From Trichomonas gallinae (lineage: Eukaryota): a stretch of DNA of 38,052 nt. Below are positions 11,861-21,661 of the stretch, in pieces. Each line of letters begins with the position of its first letter. Within the stretch, counting starts at the first letter, position 1. The translations under genes and the position numbers were made by a program. Where the stretch lies: the NCBI GenBank assembly GCA_008369845.1, contig MRSU01006285.1:1-38052 (forward strand). The letters are read 5' to 3'. The notes under the pieces are model-generated. The model made no database searches. It saw nothing but the letters and a program-made list of their open reading frames with translations, and was not told where the DNA came from.

Positions 11861-14800
11861 TTATGCGCCGAGAACAGTCTGCACAGCTGGCTCAACTGTC
11901 ATCAGTGAGAACTGAACTGATGCCTCAACAAACTTGTTGATAGCGAGGAACTGGCTCATCATCTCGTCATCGATGACGGCGATGTCTGTAATGCTCTGCT
12001 GGTAGATTCTTTCGCCGATAGAAAGGACCTTGCAGAGAGAACGTTGTCTTGTGATGCACAAAATTGCACCAGCAGCGATGAAGACGCCTTCACCGAATGA
12101 AGCGAAAGCGCCGACTCTCACCTTCTTAGCGCCGACATCTGAATCTTCTGTGGAGTGGATCTCCTTCAAGCAGAAGATGAACTGGAGGACGGACCATGAT
12201 GAAGCGAAACCGTTGAGTGATGGGAAGTCGAAGATGTTTGGAGATGTCTCGTTGAATACATCGCCGGAAGCTAGATAATGCTTTGCGAGGGCCTCGATGA
12301 CCTTCTGTGTGAATGGTGGAGTGATTTCGTCCTCTGTTGGTGCAGCAGAAGTGCCTTCGAAGTATCTCTTGACTGTTCTGAACTTTTCGTCGAACAAGTT
12401 GAAGAAGTTGTCTGGTGTGCTTTCTGTTGTCTTGATATCTGTGCTGTAGAGATATGCCAAGACCTGCTGAAGCTCATTCCTCTTCAATGAGTAAGCAAAG
12501 TCGAGCATCTGAGCGACAGCGATTGCATTGCCGAGGACCTTCAAGAGTTCGAGGAGCTGCTCGACTGTCTGATCATTGACGAAGCCTCTGTAAATACCTT
12601 CGAACATTTCGAATGTCTTGTGGCAGCCTGTGCCCATTGGAGGGTCAGCGATTCTCTTGATGTTCGTGGAAATAGTCTTGTATGCCTTAGTGAACGCGTC
12701 GAAAGCGTTGACTGCCATCTGGCAGATAGCCTGGGAAAGTGCGAAAACGCCACCATCATCCAAAATGTAGACAAGTTCTCTGAAGTGCTCGACTGTGATG
12801 AAGGCAGTTGTCTGCGCCAATGAGGAGATCTTCGGCTTCTTCTTTGTCTCTGACTCTGGTGGAATGAGTCTGTATGGGTTGGTGTGGAGGATGTAGCTTG
12901 TGATGACAGTGTCGAACAAGTTGTCTTCGAGTGCTTCGAGGACAAGTGAGTTGAATGAGTTTGGTGTAGTGTTCAAGAAGACTCTTGACTGAAGCTCGTT
13001 GAAGTCTGTGACAGGAATTTCGTAATGGATGAATGTATCATGCGTCTTCTTCAAGATCTCGATTGTCTTTGTGAAGACTACGATGTGAAGCAAACCGAAT
13101 TGTCTGATAGCGTTCAATATTTCTGTCAAGTTGTCGACGAACAGTTCATCGAGACGTTCTGCGAAGAAGGCCTTTGTGTCGATGTAATTACCGAGCAAGA
13201 AGAGCTCGTTCTGCTGAAGAACTGCTGGGAAGCGAAGTGCTGATGGATTGAGCGCTGTCTCCTCGCTGAGCATCTTGTGGTTGTACGCGTCAGAAAATGC
13301 CTGGATATAGTAGTTCTTAACGTTGTGGAAAGCGTACTCGCAAATCATCTTTGTGATGGACATGACGCAAATTTCTGCTTCAGCACGAATTTCATCGAAC
13401 AAGTACTGAGAGTTGAGCAGCTTGAGGGATGTGGCGGCGGCATCATCGTAGATAGACAGTGGATAGAAGATTGAGCCGACAAGTTCCATCTTCTGTGAGT
13501 GGTTGATAGCGTAGTCGATAAGAATGTAAGGAAGTGATGTTGTGACTGGGAAGTAGACGGCACCAGAGACCTTTTCTGAGACCTGGTTTCTGTAGACATC
13601 CAGCCAGTATTCCTTGAAGAAGAGAGAAGACTGATCAGCAGCGAATTGGAGGAGTTCGTCAAGATTGCAGAGCTGTGGGTAGTACTTTGATTTGTCGAGG
13701 AATTCCTTGAGATCAGCTTCTTCCTGGCTCTTGAGAATTGAGTGGATGCACTGTGGATGCTCTGGATTAAGGAACTGCTCGATCTGAGATCTAAGAAGTT
13801 CGATGAAGGAAACGTGTGGCATGGCCCATGACTGCATTGACTTCTTGGCCTTTGATGACTTGGATGGCTTCATTGAAGCAAGATCGGACAAGAATCCCAT
13901 TAATCTCTCGATTGATGACTTATCGTAGCTGCTCTTCTTAACGCACTTCTGGTATGCGTTCTTAAGCTTGTCGCTAAGGAAGTCAGCGAGGTTGCGCTGG
14001 ATGGAATAAGCGATGACGTCGTTTAATTTCGGAAGATTCTGGGAAATGATTTCTCTCATTGTTCTGCAGAGAGCAAGGATCTGCATTGTGTACTCACGCT
14101 CCTTATCTGTGAAGCCGTAACGCATAGCACGCTCATAAGCTGACATAAGAGTAAGATCTATTTCTGGTGCAGCTTGTTCCTGTTCTTCGCCTTCCTTTGG
14201 TGGTGGGTTGGGGTTGACGATCTCATATGATGTAGCGTTGAGGATCTTATCTGCAAGCATTTCGACGATGCTAGTAATTGAGGATGAGAGCTTCTTGATG
14301 GACTGTGGAAGCTTCTTCATATAGTAGTCTGCGATTTCTGGTGTGATTTCATCGTTTAAGCGGGCGTTTTTGATGACGAGATCATTAACTTCAATTCTAA
14401 GCTCTTTGAAGACGACTGCGAGATCAACATTGTATCTGTTGGTGCCTGTTTTAGCGCCCTTAGCAGCCTTGGCGTTGTTATCTTTGAGAATTGTTGAATA
14501 AGCAAGCAATTCATCGAAATCGAGAGGGAACTCGTAAACGAGAAGAACCGCTGGGTGCTTTGTTCTCAATTGCAAGAGAAGCTGGACGATATTTGATGGA
14601 ATCTCTTGAATTACACATTTCTTGCCCTTCTTTGCTGCGCTTTCTACATTGCGGCCCTGTGTCGCAAGGTCAATTGTGAATGTGAGTGCAACAATGTAAA
14701 TTGTCTCAAGCTCAGCTAAAATGTATGAATCTGATTGTAATTGATTTGTGATGCGCTCGAAGAATATTGTAACAACCTTCTGGATGAGCTCTGGTGGCAT

Positions 14801-15478
14801 AGCTCCAGCATCTTCTGTCAAAGATCTGATTAACTGCTGGCGAATAGCTGCATGTGAGTTAAACCAGAATCTGAGTTCCATTGGGAAAACCTCTGTATCA
14901 ACTTTACCAACGATCTTTGAAACCTTGGAAATATCATCGGCGACAGCCTTTCTTGTTGGGTTCATCTGGGATAATCTTTCCATCTTGTAAATCAAGCGGA
15001 AAATCGAGTCCAAAAGCTGGTCAGAATAACCTGCCTTGTACCAGAAGTCGTGGTTCAGGAAGATAGCTTTCAAGAAAGCGACACAAGAGTCAGTCCTTGA
15101 TTTGAAATCGATGAGTGGCTTCACAAGCTCTTGAAGAATAGGAAGGGCGACATCAGATGTCGACTTATTCTGCTTAGCACTGGCCTGAACGCGTTTTTCT
15201 AAATCACGTGTGACAGATCTGAGTGGATAGAAATAACTTGTGAAAGTATCATAAATCTTGCTGTAGTTTTCAAACTGCCTGATGAGGGACATAATGTTAC
15301 CGGCTGAAGTATTGGATGCAATCGCTGGGATTTTTTCTGCATCATCATCTGCTGGGTAAGAAAGCATGTTCACCAGTGGAACAGAACGCGCGACTGTCTC
15401 AGCAATCGGAGATGAATCAAGGTCGGTGAATGCGACGGGTTGATTCTCTTCCCTGTTGATGTCGCTTGTCAAGTTCAT
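11861..15478 (-). CDS. CYFIP: CYFIP/Sra-1/PIR121 homologue (WAVE/SCAR complex subunit)
   Basis: ATG at 15478 (MNLTSDIN), about 1205 aa. Motifs YERAMRYGFT, DQSSLFFKEYWLD, YFPVTTSLPYILIDY, YPLSIYDDAA..L....LFDEIRAEAEIC and WSVLQFIFC correspond to conserved CYFIP segments. Confidence 0.92.
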   Translation of the reverse strand: MNLTSDINREENQPVAFTDLDSSPIAETVARSVPLVNMLSYPADDDAEKIPAIASNTSAGNIMSLIRQFENYSKIYDTFTSYFYPLRSVTRDLEKRVQASAKQNKSTSDVALPILQELVKPLIDFKSRTDSCVAFLKAIFLNHDFWYKAGYSDQLLDSIFRLIYKMERLSQMNPTRKAVADDISKVSKIVGKVDTEVFPMELRFWFNSHAAIRQQLIRSLTEDAGAMPPELIQKVVTIFFERITNQLQSDSYILAELETIYIVALTFTIDLATQGRNVESAAKKGKKCVIQEIPSNIVQLLLQLRTKHPAVLLVYEFPLDFDELLAYSTILKDNNAKAAKGAKTGTNRYNVDLAVVFKELRIEVNDLVIKNARLNDEITPEIADYYMKKLPQSIKKLSSSITSIVEMLADKILNATSYEIVNPNPPPKEGEEQEQAAPEIDLTLMSAYERAMRYGFTDKEREYTMQILALCRTMREIISQNLPKLNDVIAYSIQRNLADFLSDKLKNAYQKCVKKSSYDKSSIERLMGFLSDLASMKPSKSSKAKKSMQSWAMPHVSFIELLRSQIEQFLNPEHPQCIHSILKSQEEADLKEFLDKSKYYPQLCNLDELLQFAADQSSLFFKEYWLDVYRNQVSEKVSGAVYFPVTTSLPYILIDYAINHSQKMELVGSIFYPLSIYDDAAATSLKLLNSQYLFDEIRAEAEICVMSITKMICEYAFHNVKNYYIQAFSDAYNHKMLSEETALNPSALRFPAVLQQNELFLLGNYIDTKAFFAERLDELFVDNLTEILNAIRQFGLLHIVVFTKTIEILKKTHDTFIHYEIPVTDFNELQSRVFLNTTPNSFNSLVLEALEDNLFDTVITSYILHTNPYRLIPPESETKKKPKISSLAQTTAFITVEHFRELVYILDDGGVFALSQAICQMAVNAFDAFTKAYKTISTNIKRIADPPMGTGCHKTFEMFEGIYRGFVNDQTVEQLLELLKVLGNAIAVAQMLDFAYSLKRNELQQVLAYLYSTDIKTTESTPDNFFNLFDEKFRTVKRYFEGTSAAPTEDEITPPFTQKVIEALAKHYLASGDVFNETSPNIFDFPSLNGFASSWSVLQFIFCLKEIHSTEDSDVGAKKVRVGAFASFGEGVFIAAGAILCITRQRSLCKVLSIGERIYQQSITDIAVIDDEMMSQFLAINKFVEASVQFSLMTVEPAVQTVLGA

Positions 15479-15586
15479 ATAAAAAAATGTTAAAATTTTT
15501 CTTGAAATCGGATTTTTCTTAATTGTTTTGAAATTATTGCTATTGAAAAATCTATATATGCGAAAAAAGGCTGAGTTCACTTTCCA

Positions 15587-15699
15587 AAAGTGACAAACTT
15601 TTTATCATTTGTCTATGCGTAAAATTGGATTTAGAATAGAAATAACTATAAAATGAAATTTCATATCACTTCACTTTTGTATCAAATATTAAAAGTGAC
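15587..15699 (+). promoter_or_regulatory. Two AAAGTGAC elements in the divergent interval between CYFIP and the Pro-rich gene
   Basis: AAAGTGAC at 15587-15594 and 15692-15699. Confidence 0.5.
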
Positions 15700-16587
15700 A
15701 TTGATGGTTAGAACATCATCACTATATTCACATATTATTACTGTTTTTCGAATTATACCAAAAACAAAAATGGACAATTTGATGAGGATTTATTTTCGCT
15801 TCTAATTCGATATTTAGATGTTTTCTCTTTTATAAATCCCATTTATGATGTTTTCGACTTAGATTTTGACTGATTGAATCTGAAATTCGATTCATCATCA
15901 TCAGCTCATCCAATATACATTAAAACCACTCAATACTCCATCTGTTATACCCATATATTGGCTTATAAAGCTACAAGAACATCTTTTACAATTCATCATC
16001 AATTAATTTTAATATCATCAGCTCACAGTTATTGATTTTATGCCTGTGCAATTCATATAATGCAAATCTATAACATATCCTTGCTAATTCACTATTTTTA
16101 TCAAACATTATCATTTAACTTTATCCAACGTGTTCTTGATATAACCTATCAACAATTTTAATTTACACATAAAATACTCTTGCTTCCTCAATGTTTCATC
16201 CTTTTGGCTCCAATTTTCCTTTATCGAACCAAATTATATCAATAAATTGTAGATATTGCATCATTTATCAATATCAAAAATTTATATATTGATGAGTATG
16301 AGTTATATAACATATACAATTTCTTGTATCTAGTTTTTTTATCAAATATATTATGTTTCGATTATGATTGTAGATTTTGATGCTTTTGAGATTTACAATA
16401 TGAATTTTTCGAAAATATATGGCTAATTTTTAAATCCAAAGTTATTATTTTTCATATTTTTTATGAATAAAATTAAATTATCAATTAAATGGATTTTTAG
16501 TAGAATATTTCGAATATTTTAATGATATATATTATGTTGGTGATGTTTAAATGCAGTCTTTCTTTCTAAATTTTTCCTTGTAATTTC

Positions 16588-18996
16588 ATGAGCGAAGTGA
16601 AATATAGTATCAGCGACCTTCTTGCTCTATTTCAAGAATATCCAGAGCCAGAATGGGCTTCTGATGTATCATTTGTGTTAAGATCTCGAAGGCTTCCATT
16701 CAGTAAACACGATTTTACGGATAAAATCGATATTAACTATGGCACGCAGACAACACAGTCAAACACTAACAATGACAATAAGAATCATAATAAAAATAAG
16801 CAAAAATCCCAAGAAAAATCAAATGATGTTATTATTGGCAACAACCATTCAATTCATCTGAGCCAAAATCGTAAAATTGATTTCAATGAAATAGGTGGAA
16901 CTGATACAAGTCAAAAACGTCAACCAAATCCACAAAATGAAAATAAAAATTCCGGAACTCAAAAATCTGACAATAAAATACCACAAAGTTCATTCGGATT
17001 CAATCCACAACCTGCAAATACGCAAGAATCTACTCAAGTTCTTGGAGCTCCTCCAGGATTCGGAAACATAAATAATCAGACTTCTTTTCCGCCTGGTTTT
17101 GAAAAGGTAATTGATGCTCCACCAGGATTCAATCCTGTTCGTAACACTCCACCTGGTTTTGAGAATCAAAATACTGAACCATCCAATCCACCTGGCTTTG
17201 GCAGCGTCCTTGATGCACCACCAGAATTTGCTCCGGATGTTGAGCCTGATGCTACTGATTTACCACCTGGTTTCGGAGCACCAGCAAATCAAACCGGATT
17301 TGGCTTCCAAGGTGTAATTAATGGACCTCCAGGATTTGCACCTGTTGTAGATACACCACCACCAGGCTTTGGCTCAGCTATTGATTCTCCACCACCAGGT
17401 TTTGGCTCTGTTATTAATGAACCACCTAGTTTCTCACCACAACCAGCGACAAATACATCAACACCACCTGGTTTCTTCCCACAGCCAGCAAATCCACCTG
17501 GATTCGAAAGTGTTATCAATCAAAATTCACCTTCACAATCTGATTCAGAAAACTCTCCACGCTCTTCATCAGAGTCACAAAAGGAAAGAAGGAGGAACAA
17601 TAGCAACAAATTTGCAGCTTACGTTCCAAGCAGAAAAGCTTCTCTTCCAGAGCCATCAAATCCACCAATTAAAGCAGAACCAGCACCAAGAAAAGAGCCA
17701 TCATTCGATCCAAAACCAGCAGCTGATCCAACATTCAATCCTAAGCCAGCAGCTGAGCCAACATTCAATTCTAAACCTGCTCAAGAACCAACATTCAACC
17801 CAAGACCAGCTCAAGAACCATCTTTCAATCCAAGACCTGCTCAAGAGCCTTCATTCAAACCTAAGCCAGCTACTGAGCCAACATTCAATCCAAGGCCAGT
17901 ACAACAACAGGAGCCAGTGCAGCAGCAACCTGAACCAGAGCCAGTTTATCATCAGCCACCGCAGATTCCACGTGATGATAATCTTCAGCAATACGATCAA
18001 CAGTTCACGCCAAGATATGACCAATTCACCCAGCCGAACTTCGGCAACCCGATGATGCAGCAGCCTATGTTCAACTTCGGCAATCCGATGATGCAGAGCC
18101 AGTTCCTTCCATCGTACGCAATGTATCAAATGGGTGGATTCCATCCAGGCTACACTCCGCAGATGCCTGCTTTCATGAATTTCCAAATACACGCCCCTCA
18201 ACAACCACAGCCAGCTCCTCAACAAGTTCAATCTCCTCCACCACAACAACCACAACCGCAGCCTCAACCAGCTCCACAGCAATCACAGCAACCTTCACAA
18301 CAACAATCACAGCCACAGTCACAGCCACAGCAGCAAGGATTTATTGGCTTCGACTCAGTCATCGGCACAGAAACAAAAGAAAAAGAGAAGAAAGAAGTAG
18401 AAAAGCCAATGGCATCAATGCAAAACGGCACATTAAGAATGAAGCTGCCTTTACCAGAAACTGCTGAGAGCGATGATGACAGCTCAGACGACAACGTGAT
18501 GATCGTCAGCCAGGGAATATCATGGCGCAGACCTGCAGAAAAGAAGAAAGAGACATCTCCTAATTTCGACGATTTGTTGCAAGACGAAGAGAAGAAGAAG
18601 CAAAATCGCGTACAATTAGACAATAAAAAGAAAATACACAAAGTTGACATGTCTGACATCATAGTTTCCACTCCTCCGCCTATCGAAAAGGAGAAGCCGA
18701 AGAGGACACCAACGAGAAGAACAGCCAAGGCACCAAAGCCGCAAGCAATCTCAGTGGATCAGATTATGACTGACCAGAGCGCAAACGTTCTCAGACCGAA
18801 GCTCGAATACAACAACGGCGACAAATTCGCGCAACTCCAGCAGACACAAATTGTAAGAGAAAGACCAGCCCCACAACAACCAACGCCAACTCAAGTCAAA
18901 CAGAAAGGTTTCGCGATGACAATTCTCAGATCGCCATCAGATCCAGCTAATGATCCAAACTCATACAAGAACATGTTGGCAAGGGGCACTAAATAA
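16588..18996 (+). CDS. Low-complexity Pro/Gln-rich protein with an N-terminal YxxxxLL motif and a PPGF array; candidate eIF4E-binding protein
   Basis: 802-aa ORF with coding-like codon use; begins MSEVKYSISDLLALF; 11 PPGF motifs, 10-aa repeats and a Q/P tract. Confidence 0.85.
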   Translation: MSEVKYSISDLLALFQEYPEPEWASDVSFVLRSRRLPFSKHDFTDKIDINYGTQTTQSNTNNDNKNHNKNKQKSQEKSNDVIIGNNHSIHLSQNRKIDFNEIGGTDTSQKRQPNPQNENKNSGTQKSDNKIPQSSFGFNPQPANTQESTQVLGAPPGFGNINNQTSFPPGFEKVIDAPPGFNPVRNTPPGFENQNTEPSNPPGFGSVLDAPPEFAPDVEPDATDLPPGFGAPANQTGFGFQGVINGPPGFAPVVDTPPPGFGSAIDSPPPGFGSVINEPPSFSPQPATNTSTPPGFFPQPANPPGFESVINQNSPSQSDSENSPRSSSESQKERRRNNSNKFAAYVPSRKASLPEPSNPPIKAEPAPRKEPSFDPKPAADPTFNPKPAAEPTFNSKPAQEPTFNPRPAQEPSFNPRPAQEPSFKPKPATEPTFNPRPVQQQEPVQQQPEPEPVYHQPPQIPRDDNLQQYDQQFTPRYDQFTQPNFGNPMMQQPMFNFGNPMMQSQFLPSYAMYQMGGFHPGYTPQMPAFMNFQIHAPQQPQPAPQQVQSPPPQQPQPQPQPAPQQSQQPSQQQSQPQSQPQQQGFIGFDSVIGTETKEKEKKEVEKPMASMQNGTLRMKLPLPETAESDDDSSDDNVMIVSQGISWRRPAEKKKETSPNFDDLLQDEEKKKQNRVQLDNKKKIHKVDMSDIIVSTPPPIEKEKPKRTPTRRTAKAPKPQAISVDQIMTDQSANVLRPKLEYNNGDKFAQLQQTQIVRERPAPQQPTPTQVKQKGFAMTILRSPSDPANDPNSYKNMLARGTK
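17692..17901 (+). repeat. Coding tandem repeat, 7 x 30 bp, consensus xEP(S/T)FNP(K/R)PA
   Basis: KEPSFDPKPA ADPTFNPKPA AEPTFNSKPA QEPTFNPRPA QEPSFNPRPA QEPSFKPKPA TEPTFNPRPV. Confidence 0.92.
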
Positions 18997-19273
18997 AATA
19001 AATTATATTTTATTCCAATTTTATCATAAATTTTTTTATTGGATAATTATATATATTAAAAATTCCCATTTACACTAAAAATATATATTTTCTAATAGAT
19101 ATATTAAGTGTTTGTTAATGAAATGTTGTAAAATCTTAGGAGTAAAATTCGATTAATAATTTTTTTGAAGATTTGGGAAATGGGAAAAGAAATATAGGGT
19201 GTGGATGGTGTATATAGGTTGTATGTAGGTTTTTTTAAGGCTGTTTAGTATATTTTTATCGTTGAGTTCTTCG

Positions 19274-21616
19274 ATGGATGTTTCTCGCATTTGGCAAGAA
19301 ATCCAGAAGCAGTTCAAGACGTCAAGTTATTTAGAAGACCAAACTGCAGTTCATCGTAAGAAATTTGAGTTTCTTTTCGCACAATTGAGAAAATCTTTCG
19401 GAATTTTATCTTCAAAAATAGGCGAAATTCCAAATACTCCAGAAAATATCGAACTACTGCAGAAATTACAGGTTTCCATCAACTCACTGCACGATATTAT
19501 TTCGAATAATACTTTGCAAACTTGGTCGAACACGACCATCCTAAATAAATCAAACTACGCATACAAGAAGATGAAAAAACTATCACTGGACATATTCTCG
19601 TGCGTGAAACCACTTGATATTGAAGCAGCTCATTGTATTGAGCCGGAATCTGAACAGTGGGACATATATAACATCATCGATTTGCGTGCTATTCAAGCAT
19701 CTTTCTCACAATTCTTGACTTTAGACAAATTAGATCCTGATTTCGCACAAAGAGTTAGATTGCGGCTACAATCAATAAATCATGAATTAGAAACAGTACC
19801 AGCCGATCCAGATATCAACTACTCCCCAATTCCATCACATTATAAGCAGTGGGTCGTTGATTATTCGAATTTCCAAGAAATTAAAGAAATTGGCGGTGGT
19901 GTTTCAGCAGTTGTCTACTATGGAAAGGACAAGAGAACAGGACAAGAGGTCGCCATTAAAAAATTCAAGTTTAGGAGATTAAATGGTCCAAGACTGCAAA
20001 GTTATCAGCGAGAAGCAGCCGTTTTAGCAACAGCAAACCATCCAGCACTCCTGCATTTAGTTGGAGTCACGGATAAAATACCTTTCTGTATTATTATGGA
20101 ATGGATGCCAAATCACTCTCTTTATCACGATCTACACACTTATCACCACTTGGACGCTACAGGAAAGACAATTGCTTTATACGATATCGCTCGTGGAATG
20201 CAATTTTTGCACAACAGACAAATCGTTCATAGAGACTTGAAATCTTTGAACGTTTTGCTGGATAAAAACGACAGGATCAGGATCTGCGACTTCGGATTCA
20301 GCAGACACGCGTCCGATACTACATTCATGAAGCATAACATTGGAACTCCGCATTGGATGGCACCAGAAATTCTGATGACAAATGGTAGATATACATCGAA
20401 AATTGACGTCTACGCTTTCGCCATTGTTGCATGGGAAATCGCTGTCGGAAAAGTTCCTTACGGAGGAATGGACGCTAACGCAATCATTCATCAAGTGCTT
20501 AACAATGACTTAAGACCGCAGATTCCTGATGATCTGCCTTCCCCAATGAGAGATTTAATCACGATGTGCTGGGAAAGAGATCCAGATTTCAGGCCCACTT
20601 TCGACGAAATAGTCAAAAGACTGTCGACAGGAGAGATTTATTTCAATGATACAAATGTTGAAGAGTTCAAGAAGTACATCAAGTCAACGCTGAATACAAC
20701 TGAGCAGCTCAAGAATGACGTCAAGAAGATCCTGAATGAGCTCGAGAATTCTCAGAGCTCAGCAATAAGGAAACTCGAGATGAAGGGAATTCCAGCCGAT
20801 TTAGTAGATGAAGCATGGTCATACATGGAGAAGATCCAGAAGTTCGACGACAAGATAGAGTTTTCAACTCTATTCTTCGGAACATCCAAACTCAAAGAAG
20901 CCGCGAAATTCCTTAGATCTCTTCCTTCTGGTTCTGTTCCTCCTTCTGTCGCTGTCAGATTGGTCGAAGAGCTTCCTTCGCAAGATGAAAACATTGACAT
21001 GGATATTGTAGCGACAGGATGTAAGAGCGGCTGCGCTGATCTATGCGCGATATATGCCAAGAGATCGAAGGATGTTGCTGCTGCTCTTGAAGTTTGCGCA
21101 TCAATTGGCGTCGAAAGATCTTTGAAGGCTGCTGTTGAAGATGCATGCGTACACGTTATGTCTTCCAGCGAAGATTATTTAGTAGCTGCTGCTGTGAGAT
21201 GTCTAATAAGCCTCGGAGAATCCAGGAGAATCCCAAGATCGTCGATTTCTTTGATGTTGAGGTCAGGAAACTTGACTTTACACAACTTATCTTTACTCGC
21301 GATTGCAAAATCTCCATTTTTAATCAGCGAAGTCTTGGATGATGTTTTTAATCTGATTTCGCAAGAAAAGGTGGCAACACTTGCTGTTGTTGCTGCTGCT
21401 GGTAATCAGACGACTTCGCAGTCTGTTTTAGAGAGAATTGAAAATATTACAACTGATATTTCTCTCGAAGAAGCCAAATGCTTGCTCAATGCAGCTACTA
21501 TCAAGGAAAATCTTCCTATGATACAAAAAATCCTTTCAAAGAGAAAGTTCCCCGAAGGATCAGATTTTGGAAAAGCTTGCTCTTCTAAATTCACAGAGTT
21601 ATTCCAAAAGTTATAA
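19274..21616 (+). CDS. TKL-family protein kinase with an N-terminal helical bundle and C-terminal ARM-like helices
   Basis: GGGVSAVV, VAIK, HRDLKSLN, DFG, GTPHWMAPE and DVYAFAIVAWE motifs; first ATG at 19274 (MDVSRIW). Confidence 0.93.
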   Translation: MDVSRIWQEIQKQFKTSSYLEDQTAVHRKKFEFLFAQLRKSFGILSSKIGEIPNTPENIELLQKLQVSINSLHDIISNNTLQTWSNTTILNKSNYAYKKMKKLSLDIFSCVKPLDIEAAHCIEPESEQWDIYNIIDLRAIQASFSQFLTLDKLDPDFAQRVRLRLQSINHELETVPADPDINYSPIPSHYKQWVVDYSNFQEIKEIGGGVSAVVYYGKDKRTGQEVAIKKFKFRRLNGPRLQSYQREAAVLATANHPALLHLVGVTDKIPFCIIMEWMPNHSLYHDLHTYHHLDATGKTIALYDIARGMQFLHNRQIVHRDLKSLNVLLDKNDRIRICDFGFSRHASDTTFMKHNIGTPHWMAPEILMTNGRYTSKIDVYAFAIVAWEIAVGKVPYGGMDANAIIHQVLNNDLRPQIPDDLPSPMRDLITMCWERDPDFRPTFDEIVKRLSTGEIYFNDTNVEEFKKYIKSTLNTTEQLKNDVKKILNELENSQSSAIRKLEMKGIPADLVDEAWSYMEKIQKFDDKIEFSTLFFGTSKLKEAAKFLRSLPSGSVPPSVAVRLVEELPSQDENIDMDIVATGCKSGCADLCAIYAKRSKDVAAALEVCASIGVERSLKAAVEDACVHVMSSSEDYLVAAAVRCLISLGESRRIPRSSISLMLRSGNLTLHNLSLLAIAKSPFLISEVLDDVFNLISQEKVATLAVVAAAGNQTTSQSVLERIENITTDISLEEAKCLLNAATIKENLPMIQKILSKRKFPEGSDFGKACSSKFTELFQKL

Positions 21617-21644
21617 TAAAGATTGTATGTATAGTTTTAAAACT

Positions 21645-21649
21645 TCATT
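21645..21649 (+). promoter_or_regulatory. Initiator (Inr) TCATT
   Basis: TCATTTTTTT ending shortly before the ATG at 21662, inside a 45-bp intergenic gap. Confidence 0.6.
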
Positions 21650-21661
21650 TTTTTATATTGA

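Noticed and set aside
15901..16000. Minus-strand ATGATGA...CTGA pair
   Set aside because: Arises from local TCATCA low-complexity repeats; no terminal stem or recognisable guide.
19221..19248. GTATGT...AG possible intron upstream of the kinase
   Set aside because: Lacks the ACTAAC branch/3' motif characteristic of trichomonad introns.
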